Of a stretch of 64,000 nucleotides of DNA, positions 53,963-64,000 are shown piece after piece. Source of the DNA: Sedimentisphaerales bacterium. Its GTDB lineage: Bacteria > Planctomycetota > Phycisphaerae > Sedimentisphaerales > Anaerobacaceae. The position numbers and the translations under genes were made by a program. Below the pieces are notes generated by a model, which made no database searches, was not told where the DNA came from, and saw only the letters and a program-made list of their open reading frames with translations. Where the stretch lies: contig OY970194.1 in NCBI GenBank assembly GCA_963708075.1, positions 2,048,001 through 2,112,000 on the forward strand. Direction: 5' to 3'. Numbering within the stretch: position 1 is the stretch's first letter; each line of letters opens with the position of its first letter.

Positions 53963-54018
53963 GACACCAGTGGTGCCGCCCGGAAACGATTGACACATCC
54001 CGGCCTATTTCAGCTCGG

Positions 54019-55530
54019 TCAGGGATTGGTCAAACGGTAGCTGACGAAGGCGAGCCGACGGCTATCGGGCGACCAGGAAGGCACATTGAGGGTGCCCTGG
54101 CCGCCGAAGAGGTTGGCCAGGACTCGGCTCTCGCCTCCGTCTGTCGGCTTGAGCCGTAGCAGCACATCTTTGTTCGCCGGATGCCCCTGCACCTCTTTTT
54201 CGTACGACAGAAAGACGATCCAGCGGCCATCGGGCGAAGGATGCGGGAACCAGTTGTTGTATTCGTCGGAGGTGACCTGCTGCTGCTCGCTGCCGTCGGC
54301 CTTCATGCGCCAGATCTGCATCGTGCCCGTGCGGATGGAATTGAAGTAGATGTACCGGCCATCGGGCGAATAATCGGGGCCATCGTCCAAGCCCGGGGCG
54401 GTTGTCAGGCGCGTTTCTTCGCCGCCCTCGACCCCAATGGTGTAGACATCATACTCCCCGTCGCGCTCGGCGCAGTAGGCCAGCGTCTTGCCGTCCGGAG
54501 ACCAACCGTGCCAGTAGGACGGGCCCAGACGCGTGACCCGGCGGGGCGTCCCCCCTGCGACCGGCACGAGGTAGATGAGCGACTTGCCGCCTTCCTGGGA
54601 CTGGTCGCTGATCGCCAGTTGCGTGCCGTCGGGTGAGAGGCCATGGTCGTTGTTGATACCCGTGGCGAACCCGGTGTCGATCTGTTTCGGCTCGCCGGCT
54701 TCGACGGGCAGAGAGTAGACACGACCATCCCGATTGAACAGGAGGTGTTTCCCGTCCCGTGACCAGTTCGGTGCTTCGATGTGGCTGCGCGTGTGGTACA
54801 CGACACGGCGGTCTCCGGAAGCGATCGGTACGATCTCCAACGTGCTCTCCAGCACAGGTTCTCCGGCCGTACGGGCCCCGCCACGAATGATCTCGACGTT
54901 CAAGAATGCAGCTTTCTCCGACACTTTGTTGTCGTGGGCGCAGACGCCCAGCCCGACGAAGAAGGGCTCCATGAAGCGGATCTTGAACGAACCGCCCGCC
55001 GCATGAAGGGGCTCGTTTTCACCAGCGATCGACATGGAGACAAAGTCGCCCTGCTTCTCGATGCGGATCCTGCGTGGCGCGGTGACATTGGACTGAATCT
55101 CGCGAGTGACACCGCCCGGCACTTGCCGATATTGAAGCGAGGTGAGGCCGTCACCATGAACGACCGCATCGGCATAAGCAGACTTGGGATCAAGGCTCTG
55201 ACGAATGAGCAGACACGCCTTGCGATGGGCGTTGCCACCAGTGCCGATCCAGCGAATGTCCGCTGCCAAGGAGACATCGCCCGACATCCGCTTCCAGACG
55301 AAGTGCAGCGCGTCTTCGCCAAACCACATATTCTCTCCGCCGCCGGCAACGAGATAGCTCTGCGGCCCGGCGTCATAGGCGACCGAGCCCGGCACGCCCA
55401 CGGCACCGATGTCACTATGACCCTCGAACAGGCCAAGCGGCGTCTCCTGGCACCAGACGGCTGTGCTTGGAAGGAGGCAACTCAGACTCAGAAGAACCAC
55501 GAACTTTGGGGCACGATCACTCATGAACAT
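54019..55530 (-). CDS. Secreted TolB-like (PD40/WD40) beta-propeller protein with N-terminal beta-sandwich domain
   Basis: Signal peptide, then [51 protein letters not shown] and NVPSWSPD repeats. Confidence 0.88.
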   Translation of the reverse strand: MFMSDRAPKFVVLLSLSCLLPSTAVWCQETPLGLFEGHSDIGAVGVPGSVAYDAGPQSYLVAGGGENMWFGEDALHFVWKRMSGDVSLAADIRWIGTGGNAHRKACLLIRQSLDPKSAYADAVVHGDGLTSLQYRQVPGGVTREIQSNVTAPRRIRIEKQGDFVSMSIAGENEPLHAAGGSFKIRFMEPFFVGLGVCAHDNKVSEKAAFLNVEIIRGGARTAGEPVLESTLEIVPIASGDRRVVYHTRSHIEAPNWSRDGKHLLFNRDGRVYSLPVEAGEPKQIDTGFATGINNDHGLSPDGTQLAISDQSQEGGKSLIYLVPVAGGTPRRVTRLGPSYWHGWSPDGKTLAYCAERDGEYDVYTIGVEGGEETRLTTAPGLDDGPDYSPDGRYIYFNSIRTGTMQIWRMKADGSEQQQVTSDEYNNWFPHPSPDGRWIVFLSYEKEVQGHPANKDVLLRLKPTDGGESRVLANLFGGQGTLNVPSWSPDSRRLAFVSYRLTNP

Positions 55531-55653
55531 ACACTTTCACCTACAGGTCGGATCTCTACTGACAATGGTCTTGGCTCTGTTGCTGATACTATCAGAGGCA
55601 GAGGCACAGAACACAGGGTCTTTGCCCACGGGACATGGGCCCGAAGCGCCGCG

Positions 55654-58593
55654 TCATTGCGAACCGGGATGCCCATAACGGATGTCGTCGATGTAGACCA
55701 GACCGGCAGCGCCGGAGGCCGGCTTGCCCTTGTCCCCAATACCGATGGCTATCTTCGTGATACTATCGATCTTGACACCCGCCGAGCGCAGATCGCTTAG
55801 CGCAATGTTCCAGGCCGTCCACGCCCCTGTTGTCAGCGCGTAGGGATCGGGGTGAGACACGTTAGCCCGGTGACCGCTGCTGTCCTCGATTGTGACGTAG
55901 AATGTGTCCGGCAGGTTTCCTGTCGGCTGATCAACACCCAGGGATACCGACTTCCAGTCGCCGGTCACATTGCCGGTCGTGGCGATATTCGAGAACTCCG
56001 CCTGCGTAGCGACGCCGGCGACATGGCTGGTCACAGCCAGGCCAATGTACACATCGGCGCCGAGCGCAAGCGTCTGCGGATTCCACGGGCTGGCGATCCA
56101 GGTTGTCGGTGCTTCACTGGCGGCATAGTAGGCGTTGAATTGATCACCCTTGCGCTCCAGCTTGATCCAGACCGGCGCCCGAACGGCGATCTGCGCGGCC
56201 GTTGCTATCGTCGAGTCACTGGCCCCGGTGCCGGCAGGGGCTGCCCGCGTCTGAAAACGGAAACCATTGCCGGGAGCGTACACCGACAGGGCCCACCTCG
56301 CGCTTGCGTCGAGGCTCTGGCGAATCATCACGCCGGCCTTGGCCCAGGGGTCAGTCGCCCCGATGCGATCAACGCGGGCAACGATTGCGCCATCGCCGGA
56401 GAGCTGCTTGTAGACGAATCGGCCCTGGTCGGGCGTGCTGAAGATGTCCGTGCCCATGCCATTCATCAGGACGTGGGTGGGGGACAATTCCAGGAATCCG
56501 ACGGGCACACCACAGAAGTGCAGGGTCAGGGTATCGGCCCCGTTGCTCGCCCAGTTCTGGATCGTCTTCCAGGTCCGTTGGGCCTCGGAATACTGGACCA
56601 TGGTGTTGTCATAAGACAGGGGCATGGCCTGTTTGCCGCCGTGGACAATGGTCGTCTCCATGATGTCACCCTGCTGGGGATCGTAGCCGGCCGTCGAGCC
56701 GCTGCCATTGCCGCCATCGCCCTTGGGGAAGAACTCATCGGCAGAGAAGCCCATGCCGTCGATCCATGTCTGGAAGACCCGGTTCGGCGAGTCGTTGGTA
56801 TAGCTCTCGAAGTCGTCGATCACCAGGTGATTCGTTGTCGTAAAGCTCCAGACGTCACCCGCCCACAAACCGGGGTTGGCGACGTCGTTGACCTCATCGA
56901 CCCGCCAGTAGTATGTTGTGCCAAGGTCAAGATCCAAGGGGCTGAAGCTGTTCTCGTTCACCGCGGCAGTGGGCGCGACGCCACTCGTCACAGCCTGCTT
57001 ATTGTCGCTTACATATACGTTGTGCTTCGCAGCTTCTCTTCCTGCTCTCCAGCCGAGCGTCACATCTACGGCAGCGTCGGTCGCCCCAATTGCCGGATCG
57101 GGCTTTCTTGCGGAAACAGGGATCGCCATGAAGCGGACCTCGCTCAGGCCGTACTGGCTGAACAAACCACCGCTCCAATTGCTGTTGGCACTTATCTTGA
57201 CATACTTGGCAACTACGCTGCCGAGATTGATCATGCTATGGGCATAACCTCCAGTTCCTGGTGCTTTGGGAAATTCCATCGTGTCGCCCAGCGGTGTCCA
57301 GTTGACACCATCCATGGAATGTTCAATGGTGACGGCCCTGAGTCCGCAGATGGCATTCAAACCTTCCCCATTGTAGTTCCATACCAACATCTCGTGTAGC
57401 TTATAAGCTCGGTCGAATTCGTACTGAATCCAGACAGGCCCCTTGTCGCTCTGGCTGGAAAGCCACATATCTGAAAGTCCGGTTGAGTGCAGTTCATTCA
57501 CCAGACCCGACTTGTTGACAGTATTCTCGGGGCCTTGGCCCGGCCCCTGGCTGGAAGCCGTCGCCGTAATGTTATCGATTGGGATCGCAAACGATTCGAC
57601 CCTGAAGCTCCATATGTTGCCCTTGGACACTGTGGTGTTCGGCGGAGCGCCGATTGTATCGACTCTCCAGAAGCAGGTCTGACCGAATTCGAGACGGCCG
57701 GGGGTAAACATGTTGACTTCCACGCCTGGGCCGACGAGAAGCGGGCTTGTAGTATCGGCATTTTTGACATTGTCCGCGTTCGTTCCGAAGTACACGTTAT
57801 GCCGGTCGGCAGATTCCCCCGGCATCCAGCCAAGAGTCACATCTCGCGGCACGTCTACTGCCCCGGTAGCCGGAGCTGGTCCGGACGCCAGTCCCGACGG
57901 CGGCCCCTGCATGACCTGCAGAATCTCCTGCCGCGTCAGAGCCCGATTGTATAGGCGGACATCGTCAATCATCCCCTTGAAGTTGTTATTGGAGTTGAGA
58001 CGACCGCCAATGGTAAGCGATAGATTATTCTGCTGGAGTTTGCCTGAAGCAGCCACCCGGGCGACTTCCTCTCCATTCTTGTAAAGAATGAGGGCACTGC
58101 CGTCGTAGGTGAAACACAGGTGAGCCCATTGCCCCGGGAAATTCGTGAGTCTCGGCTTAGTATTGAACTGAGCCGAAGCACTGATGTTCGCATATATCGT
58201 CTGAGAGTTACCGTCGTATTGGAGGCAGTAGGGATAGTACCCTGACTTTTGCTTGATGAAGAATTTGGTGTCTTCCAGTTGCACGGCTTCGGGATTGGCC
58301 CACAGGGCCACCGAGACAGCATCTTCCAGATGGAAATCGGCATGGTCCGGGATTTCCACTTTACTCACACCGTCGAATTTGAGGGCTCCGGCATATTTGC
58401 CTTCCACCCATGCAGGATTGCCGGCGACGAATGATCCGTCATGCCCTCCGCCCGAAGAATCCGCTACCGTGCTACCTGCACCCTCATCCAGCGTCCACCA
58501 GCCGACAAGGCCGGGTTCACCAGCGTTAGCCCCGACCGTCAGGAGCAGGACAAAGAGAAGTGAAATAGGATGATTTATTTTACGGTTCATCAT
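55654..58593 (-). CDS. Secreted LamG + discoidin (F5/8 type C) + FN3-like multidomain protein
   Basis: Signal peptide; LVGWWTLDEG...FKGMIDDVRLYNRAL; VWIQYEFDRAYKLHEMLVWNYN; YYWRVDEVN; WAKAGVMIRQSL; VYIDDIR. Confidence 0.85.
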   Translation of the reverse strand: MMNRKINHPISLLFVLLLTVGANAGEPGLVGWWTLDEGAGSTVADSSGGGHDGSFVAGNPAWVEGKYAGALKFDGVSKVEIPDHADFHLEDAVSVALWANPEAVQLEDTKFFIKQKSGYYPYCLQYDGNSQTIYANISASAQFNTKPRLTNFPGQWAHLCFTYDGSALILYKNGEEVARVAASGKLQQNNLSLTIGGRLNSNNNFKGMIDDVRLYNRALTRQEILQVMQGPPSGLASGPAPATGAVDVPRDVTLGWMPGESADRHNVYFGTNADNVKNADTTSPLLVGPGVEVNMFTPGRLEFGQTCFWRVDTIGAPPNTTVSKGNIWSFRVESFAIPIDNITATASSQGPGQGPENTVNKSGLVNELHSTGLSDMWLSSQSDKGPVWIQYEFDRAYKLHEMLVWNYNGEGLNAICGLRAVTIEHSMDGVNWTPLGDTMEFPKAPGTGGYAHSMINLGSVVAKYVKISANSNWSGGLFSQYGLSEVRFMAIPVSARKPDPAIGATDAAVDVTLGWRAGREAAKHNVYVSDNKQAVTSGVAPTAAVNENSFSPLDLDLGTTYYWRVDEVNDVANPGLWAGDVWSFTTTNHLVIDDFESYTNDSPNRVFQTWIDGMGFSADEFFPKGDGGNGSGSTAGYDPQQGDIMETTIVHGGKQAMPLSYDNTMVQYSEAQRTWKTIQNWASNGADTLTLHFCGVPVGFLELSPTHVLMNGMGTDIFSTPDQGRFVYKQLSGDGAIVARVDRIGATDPWAKAGVMIRQSLDASARWALSVYAPGNGFRFQTRAAPAGTGASDSTIATAAQIAVRAPVWIKLERKGDQFNAYYAASEAPTTWIASPWNPQTLALGADVYIGLAVTSHVAGVATQAEFSNIATTGNVTGDWKSVSLGVDQPTGNLPDTFYVTIEDSSGHRANVSHPDPYALTTGAWTAWNIALSDLRSAGVKIDSITKIAIGIGDKGKPASGAAGLVYIDDIRYGHPGSQ

Positions 58594-59094
58594 AACCCTC
58601 CTTCACAATCCAGAGTCATGTCACGCTGATATTCGCTATGTCATCTTTTGAGATGCTGATTGGTCGCTGGAAAGACGCTTCTTGAATTCGCATCACCCAC
58701 TTCTTGATAGTTCCTCATGGACACAGTGTCGATGGACACATAAAAGGTGGCTGGTCAACCTTATACCTTGATCAGGCCCATCCATCTGTTCTTGTACCAC
58801 ATTCAGCACTCAGACACAACCGCATTCCTCATCGTCGGAGCGTCGAACCCTGATTCCGACTTGACCATTCCCCGAGGAACGATTACGGTGATCTAAGCCT
58901 CCTCTGAGGCCTGATCCGTGGGCTGCGCTGGGTGTGCCTGAAATCAGCTCGTGTGGCCTGCACAGCCCGGAACCATCCTTGAAGGGCGGGTGGCGGCTAC
59001 GATCGAGGGCCGGCGGGTGCCGCTGCTATTGCGACGCGTCTTCCACTCGGACTCCACCGGCCCGGACCAACCATGAGGCAACAACAAGGGGAAT

Positions 59095-62000
59095 ATGAAA
59101 AGAATGAAGCCTTTTCTGCGTACAGGACGACCCGATTGTTGGTTCGCCGTTGTGTCGTGTTTGCTCGTTGGATGGATTACCGGCGCCGCAGCCGGTGTGA
59201 GCCGGACACAGCATTACCAACCCCCGGTGACACATCGTCTGGTTAAGACGATCAATCGCGACTGGACATTCAACTACTTCCCGGACCCGACAGCAGACGC
59301 CGCCGGCTGCCAGACGCCGACCTTCGACGACTCCAACTGGACCGCCGTTGCCGTGCCGCACACGTGGCAGACGTATGAGACCACCGGCAAGGTACACCCG
59401 TTCATCCACGACGCTTCCGAGAAGGATGATCCATACTGGTGGCGAGGCTGGGGTTGGTATCGCAAGCATTTCTCCATCGCCCAGGGACAAGCAGGCCGCA
59501 AGATCTTCGTCGAGTTTGATGCTGTGCAGAAATACTGCAAAGTCTGGATCAACGGCCAATTGGCCGGCGACCACAAGGGTGGCTACAGCGGCTTCTACTT
59601 CGATGTCACGGACCTGGTCCATTTCGGGCGGGACAATGTCCTGGCCGTAGCCGTCAACAACCGCCAGAATGACCCATTCCGTACCCCGCCGATGAGCGCA
59701 GGCAACTTCGACGTGTACGGGGGCATCTACCGCGATGTACGCATCGTGATCAAGGACCGGCTTCATATCCCGTTCCAGGGCTCCTACAGGCATCAGGGAG
59801 GCACGTTCGTGACGACACCAAGCGTCTCGCAGGAGGCGGCTGAGGTACGCATCCGAACGTGGGTCAGGAACGACAGCCCAACCGCTCAGGAGTGTGAGCT
59901 GCACACGATCATTGTGGACGCCGAAGGCACGGAGGTACAACGGCTGACCGCCACGAAGTCCATGCAGCCGGGCGAGTTGGCGGAGTTCGATCAGATGAAT
60001 CGACCTATCGCCCATCCGCACCTCTGGTCGCCGGAGACACCGTACGTGTACAGGGTCGTTTCCGAGGTCTGCCAAGCCGGCGAGGCGGTAGACTGTTTCG
60101 AGAGCCCGCTGGGCATCCGTGAATTCAAGTGGGATCACAGCAGTAATCGCCTTATTTTGAACGACAGGAAGGTCATCATTCACGGCAGCAACCGCCACCA
60201 GGAATACCCCTGGCTCGGCGACGCGACCCCCAAGTGGCTTCACTTGCTCGACATGCGGGACTTCCGCTTCAATCTGAGCCACAACTTCATGCGCACGGCT
60301 CACTATCCGCAAGACCCGGCCATCTACGATTTCTGCGACCGTTATGGCATCATCGTGATTGAGGAGGTTCCCAACATCAAGCGGCAGAAGTTCTCCGACG
60401 ACGTGCAGGAGCAGCAACTGCGCGAGATGATCCGGCGCGACCGCAACCACCCGTCAATCTTCTTCTGGAGCATGGGCAATGAAACCGACGATGCCGTGGA
60501 TTCGAAGTATGCCCTCGAGGAAGACACGACCCGCCTGATCCATGCCCGCGACATCTCCAACGATTCGGCCGGGAAGCACGTCCAGACTACGTCGGACCAG
60601 TTGGCGCTGGAGTCGCTGCTGCGATGCACGATTCGAGGCTGGTACAACTCCGACGTGCGCGATCTGGAGCCGCAGGACCAGCAGCAAACCGGTACTGAGG
60701 AGTGGCAGCATGACCGGAATGCTGCCGAGATTGTCAAGCGTAACCAAGGCCGTACGCCCGACGATCGCGCCAATATCAGCACCTGGCTCTATGAGGACCA
60801 CGGCGCCGACCGCGAGTACGCCAACGCCCCGCTCAAATATGTCAATCCCAAGGGCTTCGTGGATTGCTGGCGCACGCCAAAATACTTCTATTATCTGTGG
60901 CAAGCGTTTTATGCCGACAGGCCGATGGTGTTCATTCATCCCCATTTCTGGCGTTCGCAGTATCTCGGGCAGAAGAAGGAAATCGTGGTGAACTCGAATT
61001 GTGACATGGTAGAGCTCAAGGTCAACGGACGCAGCGTGGGCACGCTGAGGCCGCGTTTTGAGGAGGCCAACGTTGTTCGCTTCAAAGACGTCCCGATCGA
61101 ACGGGGTGTGCTCACTGTTGAAGGAAAGAAGGACGGGCAAACATCGACGGCGACGGTCGCTATGACGGGGCCGCCCGCGCGTTTGACACTTACGGCCAAC
61201 CCCGGTGCGTTCGAGGCGGGACTGGATTCCGTAGCGCTCGTCCGGGCCGATATCGTGGACAGCGAAGGCAACCATGTCTATGGCGCGACCAACGCCATCC
61301 GGTGGTCGGTCTCCGGTCCGGCCACGCTCGTCGGTCCTCCGGTCTATTCCACCGATATCGACAAGTATGAAGCGACGGAGGGCACGATGTATATTGACGC
61401 ACCGGTCTTCAATATTATCCGCTCGGCCGGCAAACCAGGCGCGATCGAGGTGCGCGTCCTTTCCCCCGGCCTGGCTTCAGTGGAGGTCCGTATTACCGCC
61501 ACCGCGGCGCCCACCGACACGTCCAGCGCCATCGTTGAGCCGGCGTTGCCGGAAGCCAACCGCCTGCCCGTCGTGAGGAGAGGCGGCCCCGTCAAGCACA
61601 GCCAAGCCGTTGTGCAGGAGATGACCGGTGTTTCGGAAGACCTCAGGCTGGGCACCGCGAACCTTGAAGGCTACACCCGCCAGATCGACAGGTTCCTGCG
61701 AGAAAAGAATCCCACGCTTGACTTTGCCGGCCCCGAGTACCAGGCGGTGGTTTCCACTCTCGCCGGGCTGCTGCAGAACAACCGCGGCCACCTCGTCCGT
61801 GACGACTTCAATTTTACCGTCGGCTTCTACAATGACTGCCGCCAGATCACTCGTGAGATTGCCACGCTGAGAGTACCTGCATCGTTCAAGCGGGTGCTGC
61901 GGGAGCACTACGCCCATGTGATTATCGAGCACGGCGAGGCCAGAGACTATGAGGTCGAGGCGCGGTGGCTTGCCTCGCTGCCCGCAGGAAAGCTGGTTGC

Positions 62001-62334
62001 GGCTGGCGTGGCCGGCGACCCCTTGCGCGAGCCGGACGTGCTCTATACCGATCAGTCTGACCTTGTGGCAATGGTGGCCGTTGCTGTACCGGGATTCGGG
62101 GACCTGGACACGGACCGTCAGGCGGCATTACTCGATGTCGTTTGTGCCCTCAACCCGTCTGTCGAGCGCAAGGTTATCCGCACCGGAGGCGAGAAGGTGG
62201 ACGGAGTTCGGCAGAAGACAATCGAGACGATCCGCTATGAAATTGTGAGAGGTCGACCAATCCTCGTCCCCAGCATGGAATACCTGGAGGCGGCGGTTCG
62301 CACGGCCGAGAAGACCGCCAGAACCAAGAAGTAG
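59095..62334 (+). CDS. Glycoside hydrolase family 2 (beta-galactosidase-like) with Ig domains and C-terminal extension
   Basis: GWYRKHF, HKGGYSGF, YGGIYRDV, LWSPETPYVY, GSNRHQ, NFMRTAHYP and RDRNHPSIFFWSMGNE. Confidence 0.9.
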   Translation: MKRMKPFLRTGRPDCWFAVVSCLLVGWITGAAAGVSRTQHYQPPVTHRLVKTINRDWTFNYFPDPTADAAGCQTPTFDDSNWTAVAVPHTWQTYETTGKVHPFIHDASEKDDPYWWRGWGWYRKHFSIAQGQAGRKIFVEFDAVQKYCKVWINGQLAGDHKGGYSGFYFDVTDLVHFGRDNVLAVAVNNRQNDPFRTPPMSAGNFDVYGGIYRDVRIVIKDRLHIPFQGSYRHQGGTFVTTPSVSQEAAEVRIRTWVRNDSPTAQECELHTIIVDAEGTEVQRLTATKSMQPGELAEFDQMNRPIAHPHLWSPETPYVYRVVSEVCQAGEAVDCFESPLGIREFKWDHSSNRLILNDRKVIIHGSNRHQEYPWLGDATPKWLHLLDMRDFRFNLSHNFMRTAHYPQDPAIYDFCDRYGIIVIEEVPNIKRQKFSDDVQEQQLREMIRRDRNHPSIFFWSMGNETDDAVDSKYALEEDTTRLIHARDISNDSAGKHVQTTSDQLALESLLRCTIRGWYNSDVRDLEPQDQQQTGTEEWQHDRNAAEIVKRNQGRTPDDRANISTWLYEDHGADREYANAPLKYVNPKGFVDCWRTPKYFYYLWQAFYADRPMVFIHPHFWRSQYLGQKKEIVVNSNCDMVELKVNGRSVGTLRPRFEEANVVRFKDVPIERGVLTVEGKKDGQTSTATVAMTGPPARLTLTANPGAFEAGLDSVALVRADIVDSEGNHVYGATNAIRWSVSGPATLVGPPVYSTDIDKYEATEGTMYIDAPVFNIIRSAGKPGAIEVRVLSPGLASVEVRITATAAPTDTSSAIVEPALPEANRLPVVRRGGPVKHSQAVVQEMTGVSEDLRLGTANLEGYTRQIDRFLREKNPTLDFAGPEYQAVVSTLAGLLQNNRGHLVRDDFNFTVGFYNDCRQITREIATLRVPASFKRVLREHYAHVIIEHGEARDYEVEARWLASLPAGKLVAAGVAGDPLREPDVLYTDQSDLVAMVAVAVPGFGDLDTDRQAALLDVVCALNPSVERKVIRTGGEKVDGVRQKTIETIRYEIVRGRPILVPSMEYLEAAVRTAEKTARTKK

Positions 62335-62452
62335 TCCACGGAAGGGAAGTACCGACCTCGAAGAGCAGATATCTGAACTGCCAGGCGTCCCCATGAAGAT
62401 TGGAGGGGTTGCGGAGGTATTCACAGCAGTTGATTGCCTGCCGGCTTGGGCA

Positions 62453-63013
62453 TCAGGGCGTGAGCTCGACGCCACACCAGTAACGAGAAGTGTTCTCATC
62501 CCACGCCAGCCAATCGGCCCGGCCGTCGAAGAACAGGTTATTGCACCCTTTGTTCCGATGCCGGTCGCGGGCGACCCGCCGCGTCAGGTTGCTGCCCTTC
62601 GTCTCCTGGTCCGATGTGGCCATATGCGCGGTTGACCAGACGTCCAGATAGTTGAACTTGGTAAAGATATCCAACTCATATCGGTTCCGGACCACCGGCC
62701 GCCAGTTGCCTGCTTCGTTGTCTGCCAGGTAGATCCGTTCCGCCGGAGACTTGATCTTGCCAAGCTTGGTCGGCCCATCCGTCTGCTTTCCCTTGTCGCT
62801 GCTCGTAAGGCTCGGATTGTCCATGTCCCAGGCATTCACGACGTAGTCCACCGTCTGGTCTGCATTGCTATAGCCGTTGTCCCCGAATCCATCCCGCGGA
62901 AAAGATGGGCACTGGTAGACCTTGACTTTCCGGTAATCCTGGATCTTCGCGTAGTCATTGCCCAGGTATGGGATGAATACGAGAATCCACTTCGCCGTAG
63001 GTCTGAACCACAC
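62453..63013 (-). pseudogene. C-terminal part of a planctomycete prepilin-type (DUF1559 / H-X9-DG) gene, 5'-truncated
   Basis: W...IPYLG...VYQCPS, IKSPAERIYLAD and RHRNKGCNNLFFDGRA are present. There is no GFTLIELL N-terminus, and only 60 bp separate it from the upstream stop codon. Confidence 0.7.
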
Positions 63014-63073
63014 CCTCGGCCACGGCTCCGTCGCTTGTCCAGGACGGCCGTAGTCGCTCCTCTCACCTCTCCC

Positions 63074-64000
63074 TCATCGATCATCCTCGATCAATTCATC
63101 GAGGATGTCCATCGTGCGACGGCACAACTCCCGGCCCCGGTCGGCCCAGAGCCCTTCTCCCCAGTATCGATAGCAACTGGTCTGGCTCATGAGCAGATGG
63201 TAAAGGGCGTTGCGGTAGCGGGGGTCGGATGAGGAGATGCCGCGGCGCAGCACCTTCTCGTTGAACATCGCGCTGGCGGCCTCCATCGGCTCCAGGACAT
63301 CCTTGTAGCCCCGGACCCAGGAGATGTTGTTCGTCCAACTGCCGCCCTCGACGTGGAATCGCGAGTCCTCGCGCGACAATTGCTCGATCACGGCGGCCAG
63401 GGCGTCCGGCCCCGCCCCCTGCTCAAAGCGTTCCCAGATCCGGTGTTGCATGACCGGCTGGATCGTTGGGAAATCCTCCTGGCGGATGCCGAGCGAGCCG
63501 AGATGCTCGATATATTCGCTGACGTTCACCGGCGGAGTCGGACTTCCGCTGCTTTCCTCCATCACCTGCAGATATTTGGGCGGGAATTCGTTCATCATGA
63601 CGCCGCCGTTTTCGCCGTCGGAGATCTGGCAGACCAGCGAGGGCGCAGATTTGCCGCCCAAGTCAATGCGATTCAGCCCCTTGGCCTCATAGTACGGCTG
63701 CATCTGACCGATGAGCTTGGTGTCGCTGCCCTGGGTCTTGATGATCGCCGTGATGGCGAGCGTCTCGCCCCGCGAGCTGCGGGCGATGAGCCTGTGCGGC
63801 CGATGCGGGTACGTGAGGGGCCGTCCATCCTCAATGTGCTCGACTGTGTGCTCCTGCACGATCACCCAGCGATAGCCGCATTCCTTCAGTGTCCGGACGA
63901 ACTCGTAGAAGACGTCGGGATGGTTTGGGAGCGCCATCTCGGCGGGCGAGAACCCCTGGACCATGCCCAGAGCCTCTACGCCAAAGAGAGCGGCAAAGAA
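63074..64000 (-). CDS. Glycoside hydrolase family 57 protein; 5' end outside the window
   Basis: GFSPAEMALPNHPD, WVIVQEHTVE, KTQGSDTKL, QISDGENGGVMMNEF, GGSWTN and SQTSCYRYWG. Confidence 0.8.
   Translation of the reverse strand, partial: FFAALFGVEALGMVQGFSPAEMALPNHPDVFYEFVRTLKECGYRWVIVQEHTVEHIEDGRPLTYPHRPHRLIARSSRGETLAITAIIKTQGSDTKLIGQMQPYYEAKGLNRIDLGGKSAPSLVCQISDGENGGVMMNEFPPKYLQVMEESSGSPTPPVNVSEYIEHLGSLGIRQEDFPTIQPVMQHRIWERFEQGAGPDALAAVIEQLSREDSRFHVEGGSWTNNISWVRGYKDVLEPMEAASAMFNEKVLRRGISSSDPRYRNALYHLLMSQTSCYRYWGEGLWADRGRELCRRTMDILDELIEDDR

Noticed and set aside
1..64000. tRNA, rRNA, IS or transposase genes
   Set aside because: None was recognised by eye; a covariance-model scan was not possible.

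Overview
GC-rich bacterial genomic DNA. It is probably from a planctomycete of the Phycisphaerae/Sedimentisphaerales type; this is inferred from the LamG/discoidin multidomain secreted proteins, an H-X9-DG pilin-like remnant and PQQ-propeller/DUF1080 remnants. Left to right the window holds: the start of a polysaccharide locus (wzx, wxcM, wecA, wzc); a LamG-LRR-PA14-PKD surface protein; a cluster of small stress/membrane proteins divergent from a cyclic beta-1,2-glucan synthase, all sharing one promoter motif; a ~2,150-aa Ig-repeat surface protein; Zn-ribbon, SPFH-GYF_2 and TlpA genes; a 13-kb four-gene operon (GYF_2/TPR-like protein, membrane-anchored vWA protein, tubulin/FtsZ-like GTPase, degenerate membrane-bound tubulin-like paralog) bracketed by a 131-bp degenerate direct repeat; a patchwork of unrelated gene fragments; a DbpA-RBD/SF1 helicase; and TolB-like, LamG, GH2 and GH57 genes. 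About 11 single-base frameshifts split otherwise intact genes and look like sequencing or assembly indels. The tubulin-vWA operon is the best candidate for a poorly characterised system. All assignments come from motif reading by eye; no database search was run.
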